DNA of 63,932 bases, filler included, from Nemertoderma westbladi (taxonomy: Eukaryota > Animalia > Xenacoelomorpha): assembly GCA_032718475.1 (NCBI GenBank). It is 3 parts of 3 records of this genome, joined end to end, with 100 filler letters (N's around TTAATTAATTAA, not from the genome) between each part and the next. Parts side by side here need not be neighbours in the genome. Positions count along the whole stretch, not along the records: positions 1 to 18,563 come from JAUCBJ010002652.1; 2 more parts are not named here. One strand, 5' to 3'. The notes beneath the pieces are model-generated. The model was given only the letters and a program-made list of their open reading frames with translations, made no database searches and was not told where the DNA came from. The position numbers were made by a program, and so were the translations under genes. Shown here in pieces: positions 1-13,166 of this stretch (the first letter of the stretch is position 1; every line of letters starts with the position of its first letter).

Positions 1-7
1 GATACCG

Positions 8-203
8 ATGCACCACTGTCTGCACCACTGTCTGCACCACTGTCTGCACCACTGTCTTCACCACTGTCTGCACCACTGTCTGCACCACTGTCTGCAACAC
101 TGTCTGCACCACTGTCTGCACCACTGTCTGCACCACTGTCTGCACCGCTGTCTGCACCACAGTCTGCACCACTGCCTGCACCACTGTCTGCACCACTGTC
201 TGC
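8..203. repeat. 12-bp minisatellite (ctgcaccactgt)n, about 16 copies
   Basis: Direct tandem repeat; produces the spurious HHCL ORF; followed by tgcttaacgtttacaccc. Confidence 0.95.
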
Positions 204-269
204 TTAACGTTTACACCCATGATATAGCGACATTTATACATTCTGAGATAACTAATGGGTCAGCCAGAC

Positions 270-1120
270 TTATATGATATCGAATGATGCACACCCGTTG
301 CTTGGAACATGGCTTGAAAGTCCGAAAAGAGGATGTACGTTTGATACTCTGGTAGTTGGATCTTGAGAGTATCGATTGGAGGCAATCTCGTAGATTAACC
401 AGGAGAGAAAGAAAGAACTCCAGAAAGACCAAAATTTTGACAGTTAACTTTGAAAGCCCTCAGCAAGTCTCTGATCTGATGAGCATAAGCTCAAAAGATG
501 GTATGCTTGAGCATGTTGATAACTTCTGTTACCTGGGATCATGGATCCGGAAGTCAGGTGAGGACCTTCGAATACTAAGGGAAAGGCATGGGCAGCCTTG
601 AATAGGCTTTCCGGGATTAGGAATGCACCGAGAATTAATCGGAAACTTAAGGTCCGATTATTTAGAGCAGCAGTAGTTCCAGTACTCCTCTATGGGAGTC
701 CATGCTGGGCTCTAACTGCTGAGGACACCAAATCTCTGGATGCCACATTCACAAGAATGCTACGCCGGGTTCATTGTGTCAAGTACAATGCACACATCTC
801 CAACCAGACACTATATAACATTGGAGGTGTCTCATTGGTTCCCCCAAGCTTGACACTAGAACAAAATCGCCTCCGCTTTGCAGGACATTGCTTTCGCCGT
901 GAGGACCAGCCAGTGCATAATCTTGTACTTTGGCAGCCTCATGGAGTGAATAAGCATGGTGTACAGCTCATGACTTTCTTGAGACGCATCTTAAAGGACA
1001 CTGGCCTTGAAGATGCGGATGATCTAGCAAATGTCATGGGTGTTAGGGAGTTGTGGCGGTGCAATTTTGTCGATAAGCCGACACAGCATTCTTAAAAATG
1101 CAGCTGCAATGCAGCATGCC
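270..1120 (+). mobile_element. Degenerate 3' part of a non-LTR retrotransposon (RTE-like) ORF
   Basis: ORFs 356-601 and 598-1095 contain FCYLGS, KVRLFRAAVVPVLLYGS and RLRFAGHCFRR, typical of the region after RT; frameshifted; related copies at 54560-55040 and 55580-56440 on the minus strand. Confidence 0.85.
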
Positions 1121-1129
1121 GATCCTAGT

Positions 1130-1230
1130 AGGAGAGAATATTTCGCAAAGGGACCCAACTACATACGGCACCTGGACGGCTACGATAAGCTCACTCAAGC
1201 CTTACGGTATATGTGTCCTATTATGCAGGA
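1130..1230 (+). mobile_element. Short integrase/transposase-like remnant
   Basis: Translation RREYFAKGPNYIRHLDGYDKL resembles the GPNxxWHxDGYDKL motif I recall from metazoan integrase-core transposon proteins; very short. Confidence 0.45.
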
Positions 1231-2454
1231 CACCAGCATAACCACGCAGGACCTAACAGCCTATCGAGTAAGGACCACTCACAGAACCTAATGATGCTTT
1301 TTTACCCACTTTCAGGACTGACTGACTGGAAAGTCTGCCTGGCACTGGTAGTAAATCGCTGAGCAAGAAGGTATGGTGAGGTGTCTTCCACAGATGAAAT
1401 AATTACTGAATTATGAATTATAGCGTTATAGGCTAACCACAGAATAACCTAATTCATATAGCTTTATAGTCTCTTGCTAGCTAGTATGTAATACTGGAGT
1501 AGAACTTAATTAAACCTCTAAAAAGGACACCGACCAATAACATGACAAGTCTTCTAATTCAATATATTGAGTTAGCGAGCATGTGTCTTCTGACTCAATA
1601 TATTGAGTTAGCGGACATGTGTCTTCTCTAACTCAACAAGTAAAAAAAAGAGGATTTCATGTCCTCTAAGGGGCTCCGTAGTTAAGTGATGTTTTCTAAG
1701 ATATTATTAATTCAATCCATTGAATTTTACATTATATTATATCGTATTTCAAATAGGTTAATTGTTGTTATGTAAGCCGTGAAGTTGCATTACTATATGT
1801 CTTCACCATCACCATTATCATTATGCACAGATCCATACTTTAGGCCTACTTAGTAAAGAAACTTGATTTTTTCATTTATCTAAACAGCGGATGGTAACGT
1901 ATATTATTGTATTGCCAAGGCGATTTAAAACTATGTAAATTTATAAGATATTTTTACTTTCATCAAATAACTAACTTTTTGAAAAATATTTCAGAAACAA
2001 CATGATTGAATGTTCTAACTTTTTGCACAATAAGAGGTTTACATGACACACTCTATGACGACTTGAGATTTTCACTCTCATGCTCCCTTCAACCTAATCA
2101 CATAATATTATAACTGCATCGATCGTTATTTTTTAATCAATTTATACTATTAATATTTATGTAATAGTATACAACTACACAACATACTAGTATATACATA
2201 GATACATACATACATACACAATACACATATATAGACAAACCTGAAAGGGATACTGCTGTACTTGGGAGAAACGAAGTTGCGAAAACTATTGAAAAGTGGG
2301 AAGCCTGGAAGGACCTCATTTCAACTGTCTGTGCTCAGTTGACCTAGTTAGTGGTAGTAGTATAATTTGACACATGCATGCTACTGATTCACACCCATGC
2401 TATAATTATCATTGGGAATTATAAAGTCGCCCACCCTTTAAATTTCTAAATGAT

Positions 2455-2545
2455 AAACATATATCAGTTAAACATATATCATATTTCATATCAGTTGAAC
2501 ATATATTATATTTCATATCAGTTGAACATATATCATATTTCAGTT
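2455..2545. repeat. About 27-bp tandem repeat, 3 copies
   Basis: catatcagtt(g/a)aacatatatcatattt repeated. Confidence 0.8.
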
Positions 2546-3645
2546 CATAATCTATCTTAGTGAATTTGAATAGGTTCGGAGATTTAAATTTGACGACAGT
2601 AGTGAAAAATTAATTTCTTGACCAATTAATGTGTGTCGTGTAAACCTCATGCCATCAGAAGATTTCATTATGTACAGAAATTGGCGCATTTAAAGCAAAA
2701 CATAATTTATGTCTTGCAACAACTGAAATGTAAAGCGAAACTAAGTTTAATGCTACGGTTATGGGAAATGACTGCCAATGGTCATTCTTAAAACTTATCT
2801 CATCATGGAATTCATGGGCATTTGCTTCCAACGCATCAACCAAAAGAATGAAAGCAAAAATATAAATTCTGACTCAACCAGTAAGGAGGATGGAGATGGT
2901 AATATAACCGTTTCAATTTCATGCAATCCCATAAGATTTGTAGATAAATTTGGGGGGTCACTAAATTAGGACACTATATTTCGGGGCATGGTGTATAGTT
3001 AATAGACCTCTAAGTATTCTTAAAACTATTTTTATTTTAATATTTGTGTATACTTTGAGTGCATATATATAAAGTAGTGTGGTAGTTGTAGTTGTAATGT
3101 AATAAATAATTTTACTTTAATAAATTGTTTAATGTGTTGGTATTACATATTTATTTACTAGGCCCAAGTTCGACTTCATTTTTTGGATATATTTTACATT
3201 TCCATAATCGGTTCAAAAACACCCTGTAATAAATATAATTCATCACAATTCATGTTTTAAATAATGGTAAAGTTGATGGCGTTGCACAAATGCCCATGAT
3301 AACAAATTCATCAGTAACAACACACTGTAATTCCCTATACTAATATCTATTTACAAACATACTCATCAGTTACCCAACCATATACTCTATACATGATAAT
3401 ATCCCAGGAATCCACAGGAATGATGTGTAATGATAAGCAGCTAGGAATGGGAGCCCCAATTCGTTATCAAGATGACCAGGGGCACTCACTAGTAGTGCTA
3501 CCGGTAACTAACAACACAGTATCAGTATGATATTTACACCAGTCGTGTCACATACAGAATGACAATCAGAACTCGACCTTTCCTTTCTATGAGATTAAGA
3601 TTACTCGCTTCTTCATATAAATATTACTGAATTTAATTAGCATTA

Positions 3646-4019
3646 GGGGCCGTCCAAGTATGACGTCAGCACTTTAGGGGGCGGGGGGTTGGGAAAATCT
3701 GATGACGTGCTGAAGAGGGGAGGGGAGAGGGTCAGCCAAAATCTGACGTCAGCATGTTCATTTATAGGTGCTAGAAGAGAAATAGCAGAAGAGTAAATAG
3801 CTTGCCTATTTTAATTGTTCGAAGCCCCCGAAGGCCCGTAGCACGACCTTCTGTTTCAGTTACCAGTCACCATGTTTCAGTGATTAGGACGCGAAAATTT
3901 TTTTAATTTGATTTAGGGGAGGGGGGGGGGGTCAACGCCTATCTGACGACATCTGATTTAGGGGAGGGAGGGGGTCAACATTTTGGGGAAAAGTGCAGAC
4001 GTCATACTTGGACGGCCCC
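3646..4019. mobile_element. MITE, PIF/Harbinger (Tourist)-like
   Basis: About 30-bp terminal inverted repeats ggggccgtccaagtatgacgtc...gacgtcatacttggacggcccc flanked by TTA on both sides (3643-3645, 4020-4022). Confidence 0.88.
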
Positions 4020-4633
4020 TTACAACACAACAAACAGCCTTTACGAAACACTGCCTAAGTGTAAACTAAGATATTAGGCCATCACAACCACGGATCGAAA
4101 CTTACGACATATCATAACGGCACCACCGTATTAAGCAGTCCAAACTGTAAACTAGACTTAATATTAAGCCCATATGAAACTCTCCACCAACCCTCCACAA
4201 ACTAGTCCATTTACAAAAGTACAAACAAACTTACTTTTTGCTAAATAGCTGAATTTCTCATGTAGCATCATTACGCAGATACAAGAACGCAAAATAACAC
4301 GAACATGTGGAACGTGGCGTGGCGTGGAACATGGCGTGGACAACACCAAATATATGTGTATGATGTGACATGATGTGACACACTTCTGACCAATTTTGAC
4401 AACAGTTGTTGCAGGAGTAGTGGTCGTGTTGACTAAGTATATTTTTTTTAATGAATAAATTTTATCTTTAATTAAAAATGTGCTGAAAATCTATTCACTG
4501 TGACTTTCCTTACCAAATAAGAGATATATTGTACAGAAACGTATAATAATTTTTATCGTTTTTGTAGCGTATTTATCTGTTATAGTGATTAACATCGTAT
4601 TATTTTCATTTCTAAACTATTAATTTTATGCAG

Positions 4634-4958
4634 TATAACCCTAAAGGTGTGGATAATGAGTACTACCAGCCCTCCAGTGAGTGGTTTGTAGAAACCGCAT
4701 ATGCCGATGAAGACGAATCACAATCTAAGGCTCGGATCATTTTAACTCTAAAAATAACTCGTAAATCCACCTTCTTCACATTTAACCTGATCCTCCCCTG
4801 CGGTCTGCTCACCGCTGTTATTGTCTTTTGCCAATATCTGCCTTGCACGTCGGGCCCACCAAAGGTACAAATAATCGTTTCATTATTTATGGCCATGGCG
4901 GTTTTTCTGTTGTTACTCAATGAAATTATGCCTAGTTCTGACGATCTACCGATTATTG
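4634..4958 (+). CDS. Cys-loop (nAChR-type) receptor subunit, alternative exon A: end of ligand-binding domain, M1, M2, M2-M3 loop
   Basis: Acceptor ttttatgcag|, donor G|GTAAGT; translation SSEW...LKITRKSTFFTFNLILPC...LPCTSGPPKVQIIVSLFMAMAVFLLLLNEIMPSSDDLPIIG; starts in phase 0, ends in phase 1, 325 nt. The acceptor position is less certain than the donor. Confidence 0.85.
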
Positions 4959-5515
4959 GTAAGTATTCCCCCGCTGCCCTCGTCCGCACCAAGCATGTCT
5001 GCTGGTTGGCAGCCCATTCAGCCCAAAATGTACATGCATTACTGTCTGTGTCTGCTACTCAGTTATTCACCAAACGTTTCCGTCAAATTAAAGTAAAAAT
5101 ATTAAGAATTCCCTGAATCATATAAAACTTTCAATAAATTTTCCAATTATGGATAAAAGTACCGGTAGTATTACTAATATTCCAATATTGTTGAAGACCA
5201 TATTATTATTATCAAAGACAAACAATATACTGACATGTATAACTAAAGATATAAGAAAAGAATCTAAAAAAACATTAAGTAAGAAAACATGACCATTTTG
5301 CCATATTCCAATTATTGATTGAATAAGTATAAAATATACAAGTACTTTCGATGCCCAAGGTTTTTTTATTTCAAGTTGTTTTTGCTTTATACGTAATATT
5401 TTTGGGTGTTTCAGACAATAACATGGACAGAATGCGTATACAAATTGGATTTTTACTTTTCATTTAATTTATTGCTTGTTTCACGTTTGTTTTTGTTTAA
5501 TTTTGCATCATTTAG

Positions 5516-5846
5516 GTTGATATGGAAAACTTTATAACTAGTTCCGAATGGATATTACATAACGCCTTCACCACACCCATGGTGACCTTTTACAATGACA
5601 CGGATTTAGCCCCGTACTATGCCGTTTATTTGACACTAAAATTAGAACGAAAGTCCAAATTCTTCACCTACAACCTCATTGTTCCATGCACAATGCTAAC
5701 CATCCTCATTTTATTGTGCCAATTCCTACCATGCACCAGCGGCCCAGCCAAAGTTCAGATTATCGTGGCACTATTCATGGCGATGGCAGTTTTCCTGGTT
5801 CTAGTTGGGAACATGATGCCTAGCAGTGATAGTGTTCCTATCTTGG
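5516..5846 (+). CDS. Cys-loop (nAChR-type) receptor subunit, alternative exon B (paralogue of exon A)
   Basis: T-rich acceptor catcatttag|, donor G|GTACGT; VDMENFITSSEW...PYYAVYLTLKLERKSKFFTYNLIVPC...SGPAKVQIIVALFMAMAVFLVLVGNMMPSSDSVPILG; phase 0 to phase 1, 331 nt. Confidence 0.9.
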
Positions 5847-8794
5847 GTACGTTCTAGAATGTTTTAAAAGCATCCCCTCTATGGTGTTTAAAGCATCCCC
5901 TCTATGGTGTTTAAAGCATCCATCCACCCAGTTATTTGTGCGTGTAACCGTATTTTTGTATATATCCTATTTCGGCTGTGATATTGTCTGCATTTCTCTG
6001 CCGATCTTTCTGCTCTTCTGCACAACAGGAACGGACACATTGCATGACGTCCAGACGGTGTAACGCACCAAACAATGGCAAAGCCGGTGTAAATATGGCG
6101 GTGTAAATATGGCACTTCGGAAAATTGTTATAAAGGTTGGATTCCCTTTCCCGATAGCATGGACCATTGTTATATACCAAGTGATCGCCTGAAACTACTG
6201 AAAGATTTTTGTTTTCATTTGAAATTGCATCCTACCACATTTAATTGGGGTTACCCTGATGCTGATATTTCGTGAGATCACTTATGAATTTTATTAATTG
6301 ATGATGTTACTAGAGATTTCCGATCATTTTAGTTTTAATGCGATCCTTATAAATTTCATGCATCCATTTTAGATGTAGTAAAATAAAAATTAGAAAATGA
6401 TTTTTAAAGAGGAAATTTTCAAAAGAAACTTTGATAATTTCACATATTTAATTGTTGATTCATGAGGTGTTCTCTATTTAATTGTTCATTCATGATTTCA
6501 TGCGATCAAACAGCTCATGCTTCATGCTATAGTCGCGGTTGGAATACACCTTTACCCATAGACCAACACAATATTGAACGATTTCTATTGGTGATAATTG
6601 AATATAACATTTTCTAATAGATATACCTGTATTTATTCTTCAGCTATAAATTATTTAAAAAAACTACTTCGTAGCTTAATAATGACATAAAGACATTGGG
6701 TGGCATAGGTCGTGTGAAATGGGTGAGATATAAAAATATTGCACTCCTAATAAATTATTACAAACTTCATTCAGTAGTCGTTTGCAAACTTGGAAAATTT
6801 GAAATTTAATATTCATTAATAATAATAAGATTGATTTATATTAATTATTACTTTTTAAAACAAATTCTAAAATTATATAATTATGCTACCAATTTAATTT
6901 GAGAATTCAAATTATATTTATTATTTGACTGCAAAGAAAATTTAAACTCACCCATATTTTTTAATTAATATTTTGTAATAACCCGTTGAGTGTAAGCAAA
7001 ATTTTCGAACCAAATCAATACACATTACCCTTACCAAAGATGCAGGTGAAAGTAACATATACGGGTTTTTCTAACCAAAACAATAAACTAAATAATCAAT
7101 TAAATATTAGGAAAAAACTGCAGGCATAATGATCTTAAAACTACTGCATACTATATATTTTGTATTTTAAAAACATATAAGTTATAACGTTAATAAACAT
7201 AAAATCAATCATGTTTGATAAAGAAAATAGTCGGCAACAAATATAATGAAGTTTTCCCAAGAAATATTCAAACGCCAAAAAAAATTTATTCCTAAAATCT
7301 TTTTTCCTTTCAACACTTTTCCAAAAAAAAAGCAACTAAACCCAAATATACAGACAAAATTTGCCAAATTGACGGTAAGCATTTTATTATAATGTGACTG
7401 CCAAAGAAAACGTAAATTCACTGAACAATTCACTCAAAACTTTGTCTGAAAAAAAATATTTTAGTAATACCAGGGGGAATATATCTGGTTAATTAATGCT
7501 AAATTTTGTTGACGATTCGTGATTTGAATAATGAATTTTGTGGCGCTCCACGAGAAAAGGGACCTTAACCGGTTTTTTCGAAATTTGAGTTAGGGGTTGA
7601 TTCAGATAGATAATATTTTTGACAGCATTTTGAAAAAAAATCTTTCGAATTGGTCAACTATTCGCAAAGTTATTCTAACTTATGTAAATGGTATCTGGTT
7701 AATAGCAAATTTTCAGAAACTGAGAAAAAGCACTTTAAAGTTCTACATCTTTTTTATCTTTTTATCAGTCTGTATGAATGTCTGTATGTCTGTCAAAAAA
7801 TAGGAAATGCTGACCAATTAACTGAAATTTACGCCCTTGGGGATTTCTCTAGTCGCTGATTTCATTTCCGATGTCAGTGTTCACATTTTATATAATGTAG
7901 ACTGTCTACATCACTAATTTATTTAAAAATGATGATAGCCCTACATTGTTAATGGTATAATCTTATATTTATAGCTGAATGAATGAATACCTGTAATAGG
8001 TTTGGTTAGTTTGAGGGAAGAGGGAAGATCGAGCTATTTTGGGGTGTTACACCGGGTATATTTTGTTATGGCAGCTGGTGTGTAGCCCAGAAATTTATGA
8101 CATAGACTCGCACCATCATGATCTCTTATTATAGTAGGCCATGGCACCATCTATGCTTTTAGTTTTCAATGTTGGATGTTCACGTAAATATTAATATTAT
8201 TTTTCTCAAATAGAATATATAACATAATATTATATAAATCGATAACTTATAATTAGTTCGAAAAAATATATCTATTTTTATATCCATTTCAATTTCTAAA
8301 ATATAAATATTCATATAATTTATATTTGCATGGTGAGGCATGATCTGCGTGAAATGAATTATAAAGTGCATCTCTCGAAATCGCACCTTCTCTGAAGTTT
8401 CAAAGAATAATGGGACATTCTAAAACCTCGGTAAACATATTCTAGTCAAAACCCACTTCTGAAATAAAAGCACAATTTCATATGTCTTTATAAATTCTGT
8501 CGGAATGAAACTAAACATCATCACGAATTTTTAACACTGTCCTGTTCACAGACTAGTACTCAGTCAGTCTAGTCGTAAGGCAATAATTTCATTGATCTAC
8601 GTGATAAGTTGAAGTCTAACGTACAATAACTAAGAAATAGCTGGATTTAGTAATATTCTCCCCTCTTGCTGTAAAACTGCCCGATCTTGTAGTAATGAAC
8701 CGATTGTGCAGACCTTTACTGTAATTTACCCTTTAATTGTCACGTCACAACAATCCTGTAAGCAACTGATTAATATTCACTTTTACGCAGGAGG

Positions 8795-8896
8795 CAAGCA
8801 GGACGCAGCGGTATGCAGGACGCAGCGGCATGCATTAGGCAGCGGCATGCAGGACGCAGCGGCATGCATTAGGCAGCGGCATGCAGGACGCAGCAG
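8795..8896. repeat. Short GC-rich tandem repeat (gcaggacgcagcggcat and variants)
   Basis: About 6 imperfect 16-17 bp units. Confidence 0.75.
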
Positions 8897-10439
8897 AGAA
8901 CAACTTACGCGAGATAGGAAAGAAAATTTGATAATCTGCATTTTGAGTTGAGCGCCATTTTACTGCTGCAATTGGCCAAAACTTTTTTATATCAAGGGGA
9001 TGGCAAAACACATTCTTAAAATATTCTTTACTTTCATATGAAATTTCCATCATATTAATTCACGTTGGGCATTTATTTATTTCACTTCACATGTATGATT
9101 TAATGTATCAAATAATATGTTTTATACTAACATGGTTGTTTGCTGTTGCTTGCTAATAACTGTTGAATGGGTAGGCCTATCTATAAATTTATGATCTGTA
9201 ATTAATTACATGTTAATATATTCTAACAAGTACTATTAAGATGGCCAACTGTAATGATAATATTGATTGGAGAAAATTACGAATAAATAAAAATTTAAGT
9301 AAAATATAAATAATCAAACGACCGATAGTATTGGTCATGGTCATTGGGCATGACCGACATTTTAATACCGGTCTGGGAGGTCGGGTCCCCCCAGAGCCCT
9401 GCACCATCCCCCAAGGTGAGCGCCCTCCTTGGCCGTCGCCCGCCGCACAGGCATAGCGAGTTGGAGCGAAGGAGCGCGAACTGTATGTGACAGAGGAAAT
9501 ATTTATTGTCTAAATGAAATATTTATACCAAATCACTATAAATATAGAGCAGGTCAATCATTCATTGAACTCATAACATTGTTTGCTCACCTGTATTTGT
9601 AATAATTTGATTGAGTATTATCTCGGGAACCTCATTGTTCAGTCCCTCATCCGTTACTTTGGTTTCCACCACTACCGGTGACCTGGCTGGTTACTGGATG
9701 GAGTCTTCTCTACTCATATAATTAATATGGAATGTCTTGGAATTCTATTGAATTGCTTTGGCTAACAATTTGAATAATCATTTAAATATATCGGAAACAC
9801 TGTTGGATTATATAGTGTTTTCGATAATTAATTCAGCTGCTAATTATGTAAGACAATGTCCTGATTCTCAAAACAATAATGTTAATTTACAATATTAATA
9901 GTTATATATTTATGTTGTTAAGAATTATTGTTTATTTTTTTGAATTTTGATAAAAATTTCATTCAGTTTAACAACAGGATGCTTGGAAAGACGATGAAGG
10001 GCCAATTAATTATTATTAAACAGTAAATAAAGTAAGCTTTATTTAACGCTAGTCCCGAGATTATTTACCGAACAATAGTGAAGAGAGTCAATAAGGAAAA
10101 TAAATTATAATTATAAAATATTATCCTAATTAATAAAAATACGCATTGTTCATTATATCCCTTCGCGAGACATTGTGTGCTATTCATATCCCGGCAGGAT
10201 GTAATGTGTCGAATATCATCCATGTGAATTACTACTACAGTATATATCCCGTAAGCGTAAACTGAATTTTGACGAATAGCAGATGTGCCAAGCAGATACT
10301 GTCCAATGTGGGGACTTTCGGACATTACTTTATTATACTCTTTAATTCGGACTAGCCGACAATACGGTCAATAAAATTTACAACATACATTTACAATTAA
10401 TTCACAATGAAAGTAGATTAATCACGACATAGAGCGTGA

Positions 10440-11930
10440 AATGAATAAAAACAATTGAATTAAAGTTATTGAATATTCCGAATAAAATGATCTGGCTAAA
10501 AAAGCAGTAAAAATCGATCTAAAACCGATTAAAATACGACTAAATGATGGCATAAAATTCCTTTAATCGTTTCAGTTTTTCCATTATGTGACCTCTGGTG
10601 ACCTCCAGTTTGGTATTGGTATTGAAACTAGCTTGACTAAATTAAAATACGTCCTTCAATGATATGATATAAAATGGCAAACAAATGAATTAAAACAATT
10701 GAATTACAGTTATTGGATATTCCGAATAAAATGATCTGGCTAAAAAAGCAGTAAAAATCGATCTAAATCCGATTAAAATACGACTAAATGATGGCATAAA
10801 ATTCCTTTATTCGTTTCAGTTTTTCCCGCAATGTTAGCGATTGGAGGTCGAAGCAGGCCGCAATGAAATCAGCGTTCCCAATATCTGTGAAGGTCGGCGC
10901 GCCCATAACCATCCGGTTTAAGATGGAGTCCTTCGCGTAGCGGTATATTAGAATGGACTCGAGCCGTGGTAGAGGGTGCTCGGTGGAGGCCGCTCTGTAG
11001 CCGCCGAGAACCCCTGGGTAGGAGCCTCTCCCCCGTCTCCCGGACAGGCTGGCGATTGCCAGGGGATGCAAACGCGCTCTGGAGGGCTTTGTTGGGGCAC
11101 TCGTTGTACCGCACGAGTGTACCAACCGATAGCCGGAAAGCCTCCAGCGAGATGGGTTTCAGCTGGGTTAGGTGGTAGAGTGTTGAGTTCCCAATGTACG
11201 GTCCAACACACAGCAGACTCCTGAGGGCGTTCCTGTAAACCACGTCGAGTTTTCCCAATTCAGTTTGAGTGAACGCCCCGATGTTGAGTTTCAATGAGTA
11301 CAGGGCAGCCGGTAGAGCGACGGCGCGCCACAGGTTGGCAACGGTCGCCACCGGCAGCCACCGGGTCGTCCAGCCCTTCGCCTGGAACATCCGTGCGAGG
11401 GCGATTATCTTCTGGGCCGAGGCGCCCAGAGGGTTGGTCTGCGACTGGGCCAGGTTATAGCCGAGGAAGGTCCAGGATTTACTGCGCGGGAACAGCGGTT
11501 TGCCAAGCCGGAGGAAGGACGGTTGGTGGCAATTCCTTTGGTTTGAAAATACCGTCCACTTAATTTTGCTAGATTCGACCGACAGTTTTATATCATTGGC
11601 GGACTTGCTGAAGACCATAAATAGAGTTTCCATATCTTTTGGATTGTTCGTCATTAGTAAGAAATCGTCCGCATATGATATGGCTCCCAACCAGATTGAA
11701 TTGATTGTATATCCCACATGGGATTCGTCTAGGTTGTCCAGTATGCTTCTTGTGTACAGGTTGAATAGGATCGGTGATAACAAGGATCCCTGTTTAACGC
11801 CTCGTCGAACAGAGATTCCGTCACGATCGATCAGGCCGTCGAACTTTAGGTACAAGGTGCTGGCCATGTAGTAATTGAGCACGGTGGCGACGATGTGAGG
11901 GTTAACGAACTCCATCATCTTCCGACCCAA
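10440..11930 (-). mobile_element. 5'-truncated non-LTR retrotransposon in the receptor intron
   Basis: ORF 10869-11930 has RT motifs GVKQGSLLSPILFNLY and YADD; probably continues by frameshift into ORF 10784-11125; GC-rich compared with flanks; about 140 bp at the 3' end is duplicated (10441-10582 vs 10687-10826). Confidence 0.85.
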
Positions 11931-11989
11931 TGTTAATTACTCCTGCAATCCTACCAAAGCATTAATTAAGCAATTTAGAAAATGAATGG

Positions 11990-12235
11990 GAAAATCTTTT
12001 AGGCTCGTTAAGCCAAGGAATGCCTGTTCACCACCATGGGTGATCTTCCACAATAAACCCTTCCACTCTGTTTCACAAGTTGCCTTGGTTCCCATTTACC
12101 AACCATCCAAGGATGAAAGCCAGGGTTGGGCTAGACTGCAGCATGTATAGCACTGTGCCCAAATAGTACTGCTCCATCTAGGGATCGAACCAGGGCTCCC
12201 AAATTGGAAGTCATGAATTTATAAATTTAAGCGAA
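11990..12235 (-). mobile_element. Degenerate tRNA-derived SINE-like fragment
   Basis: Minus strand has a B-box-like ggttcgatccc (12181-12191) followed by non-tRNA body sequence. Confidence 0.45.
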
Positions 12236-12239
12236 TGTA

Positions 12240-12638
12240 GTGTTGCTTAAGTTCCACCTTGGTGCTGTTTAAGTTCCACCTTGGTGTTGCTAAGTTCCAC
12301 CTTGGTGTTGCTTAAGTTCCACTTTGGTGTTGCTTAAGTTCTAACTTTGTGCTGCTTAAGTTCCACTTTGGTGTTGCTTAAGTTCCACTTTGGTGTTGCT
12401 TAAGTTCCACCTTGGTGTTGCTTAAGTTCCACTTTGGTGTTGCTTAAGTTCTAACTTGGTGCTGCTTAAGTTCCACTTTGGTGTTGCTTAAGTTCCACTT
12501 GGGTGTTGCTTAAGTTCTAACTTGGTGTTGCTTAAGTTCCACCTTGGTGCTGCTTAAGTTCTAACTTGGTGTTGCTTAAGTTCCACCTTGGTGTTGCTTA
12601 AATTCCACTTTGGTGTTGCTTAAGTTCCACCTTGGTGT
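12240..12638. repeat. 22-bp minisatellite (gcttaagttccactttggtgtt), about 18 copies
   Basis: Direct tandem repeat with ccac/ctaa variants. Confidence 0.95.
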
Positions 12639-13166
12639 CACTCGGCTGGTTGATTTGAATTCACATCTTATCGGAAGTCGTGGGTTCACCGCTCCTGATT
12701 ATCACAAAAGCTGAGCCTCGGTGGTTTGTCGCTCAAGTCGCAGATTACTAATACTAGAGTCGGCGATATTTTATTTCAGGAATGAAATTTCATATTATAT
12801 AGAAATAAAATAAGCTTTATATCCCGATATCTCTAAGCAAATTATGCAGTATATCCGGGTTCGGCGGGATTTAAAGCACTATTTTATGTTATCAATAATT
12901 ATTCTTCAACTTTACCTTATCGGCCCTCGGTCTTACTTATTGAGCTCACTCGTTAGGCTCGTTCGGTAAATAAGAGATGACTTTTTATTTGATTTTGGAC
13001 AAGCGGTATATAAAGACTTTTATCTACTGTACAATAAATAGTTAAATAATATATCGAACGACAGCACCCATTTTCGAAAATTTAAAAGAACTGTAATATT
13101 GTTTATGAGATACATACAGCGCCATACAGCGTTAATACACCGCCACCATTTTGCAATTTATTTTAG

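Noticed and set aside
8-277. His/Cys-rich ORF, and similar periodic ORFs at 48122-48597, 52424-52752 and 61464-61716
   Set aside because: These are translations of mini- or microsatellites that happen to lack stops.
1296-1380. Exon-like segment (pyrimidine tract, cag, then aag|gtatgg) as an upstream receptor exon
   Set aside because: All three frames contain stops and none resembles a Cys-loop domain.
4634-5846. A single transcript including both exon A and exon B, or two complete tandem receptor genes
   Set aside because: An A-to-B splice joins phase 1 to phase 0 and frameshifts; no M3-M4 exon or N-terminal exons fit in the 557-nt interval.
5866-5922. 23-bp tandem duplication just after the exon B donor as a third junction array
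   Set aside because: It begins about 20 nt inside the intron and does not include the splice site.
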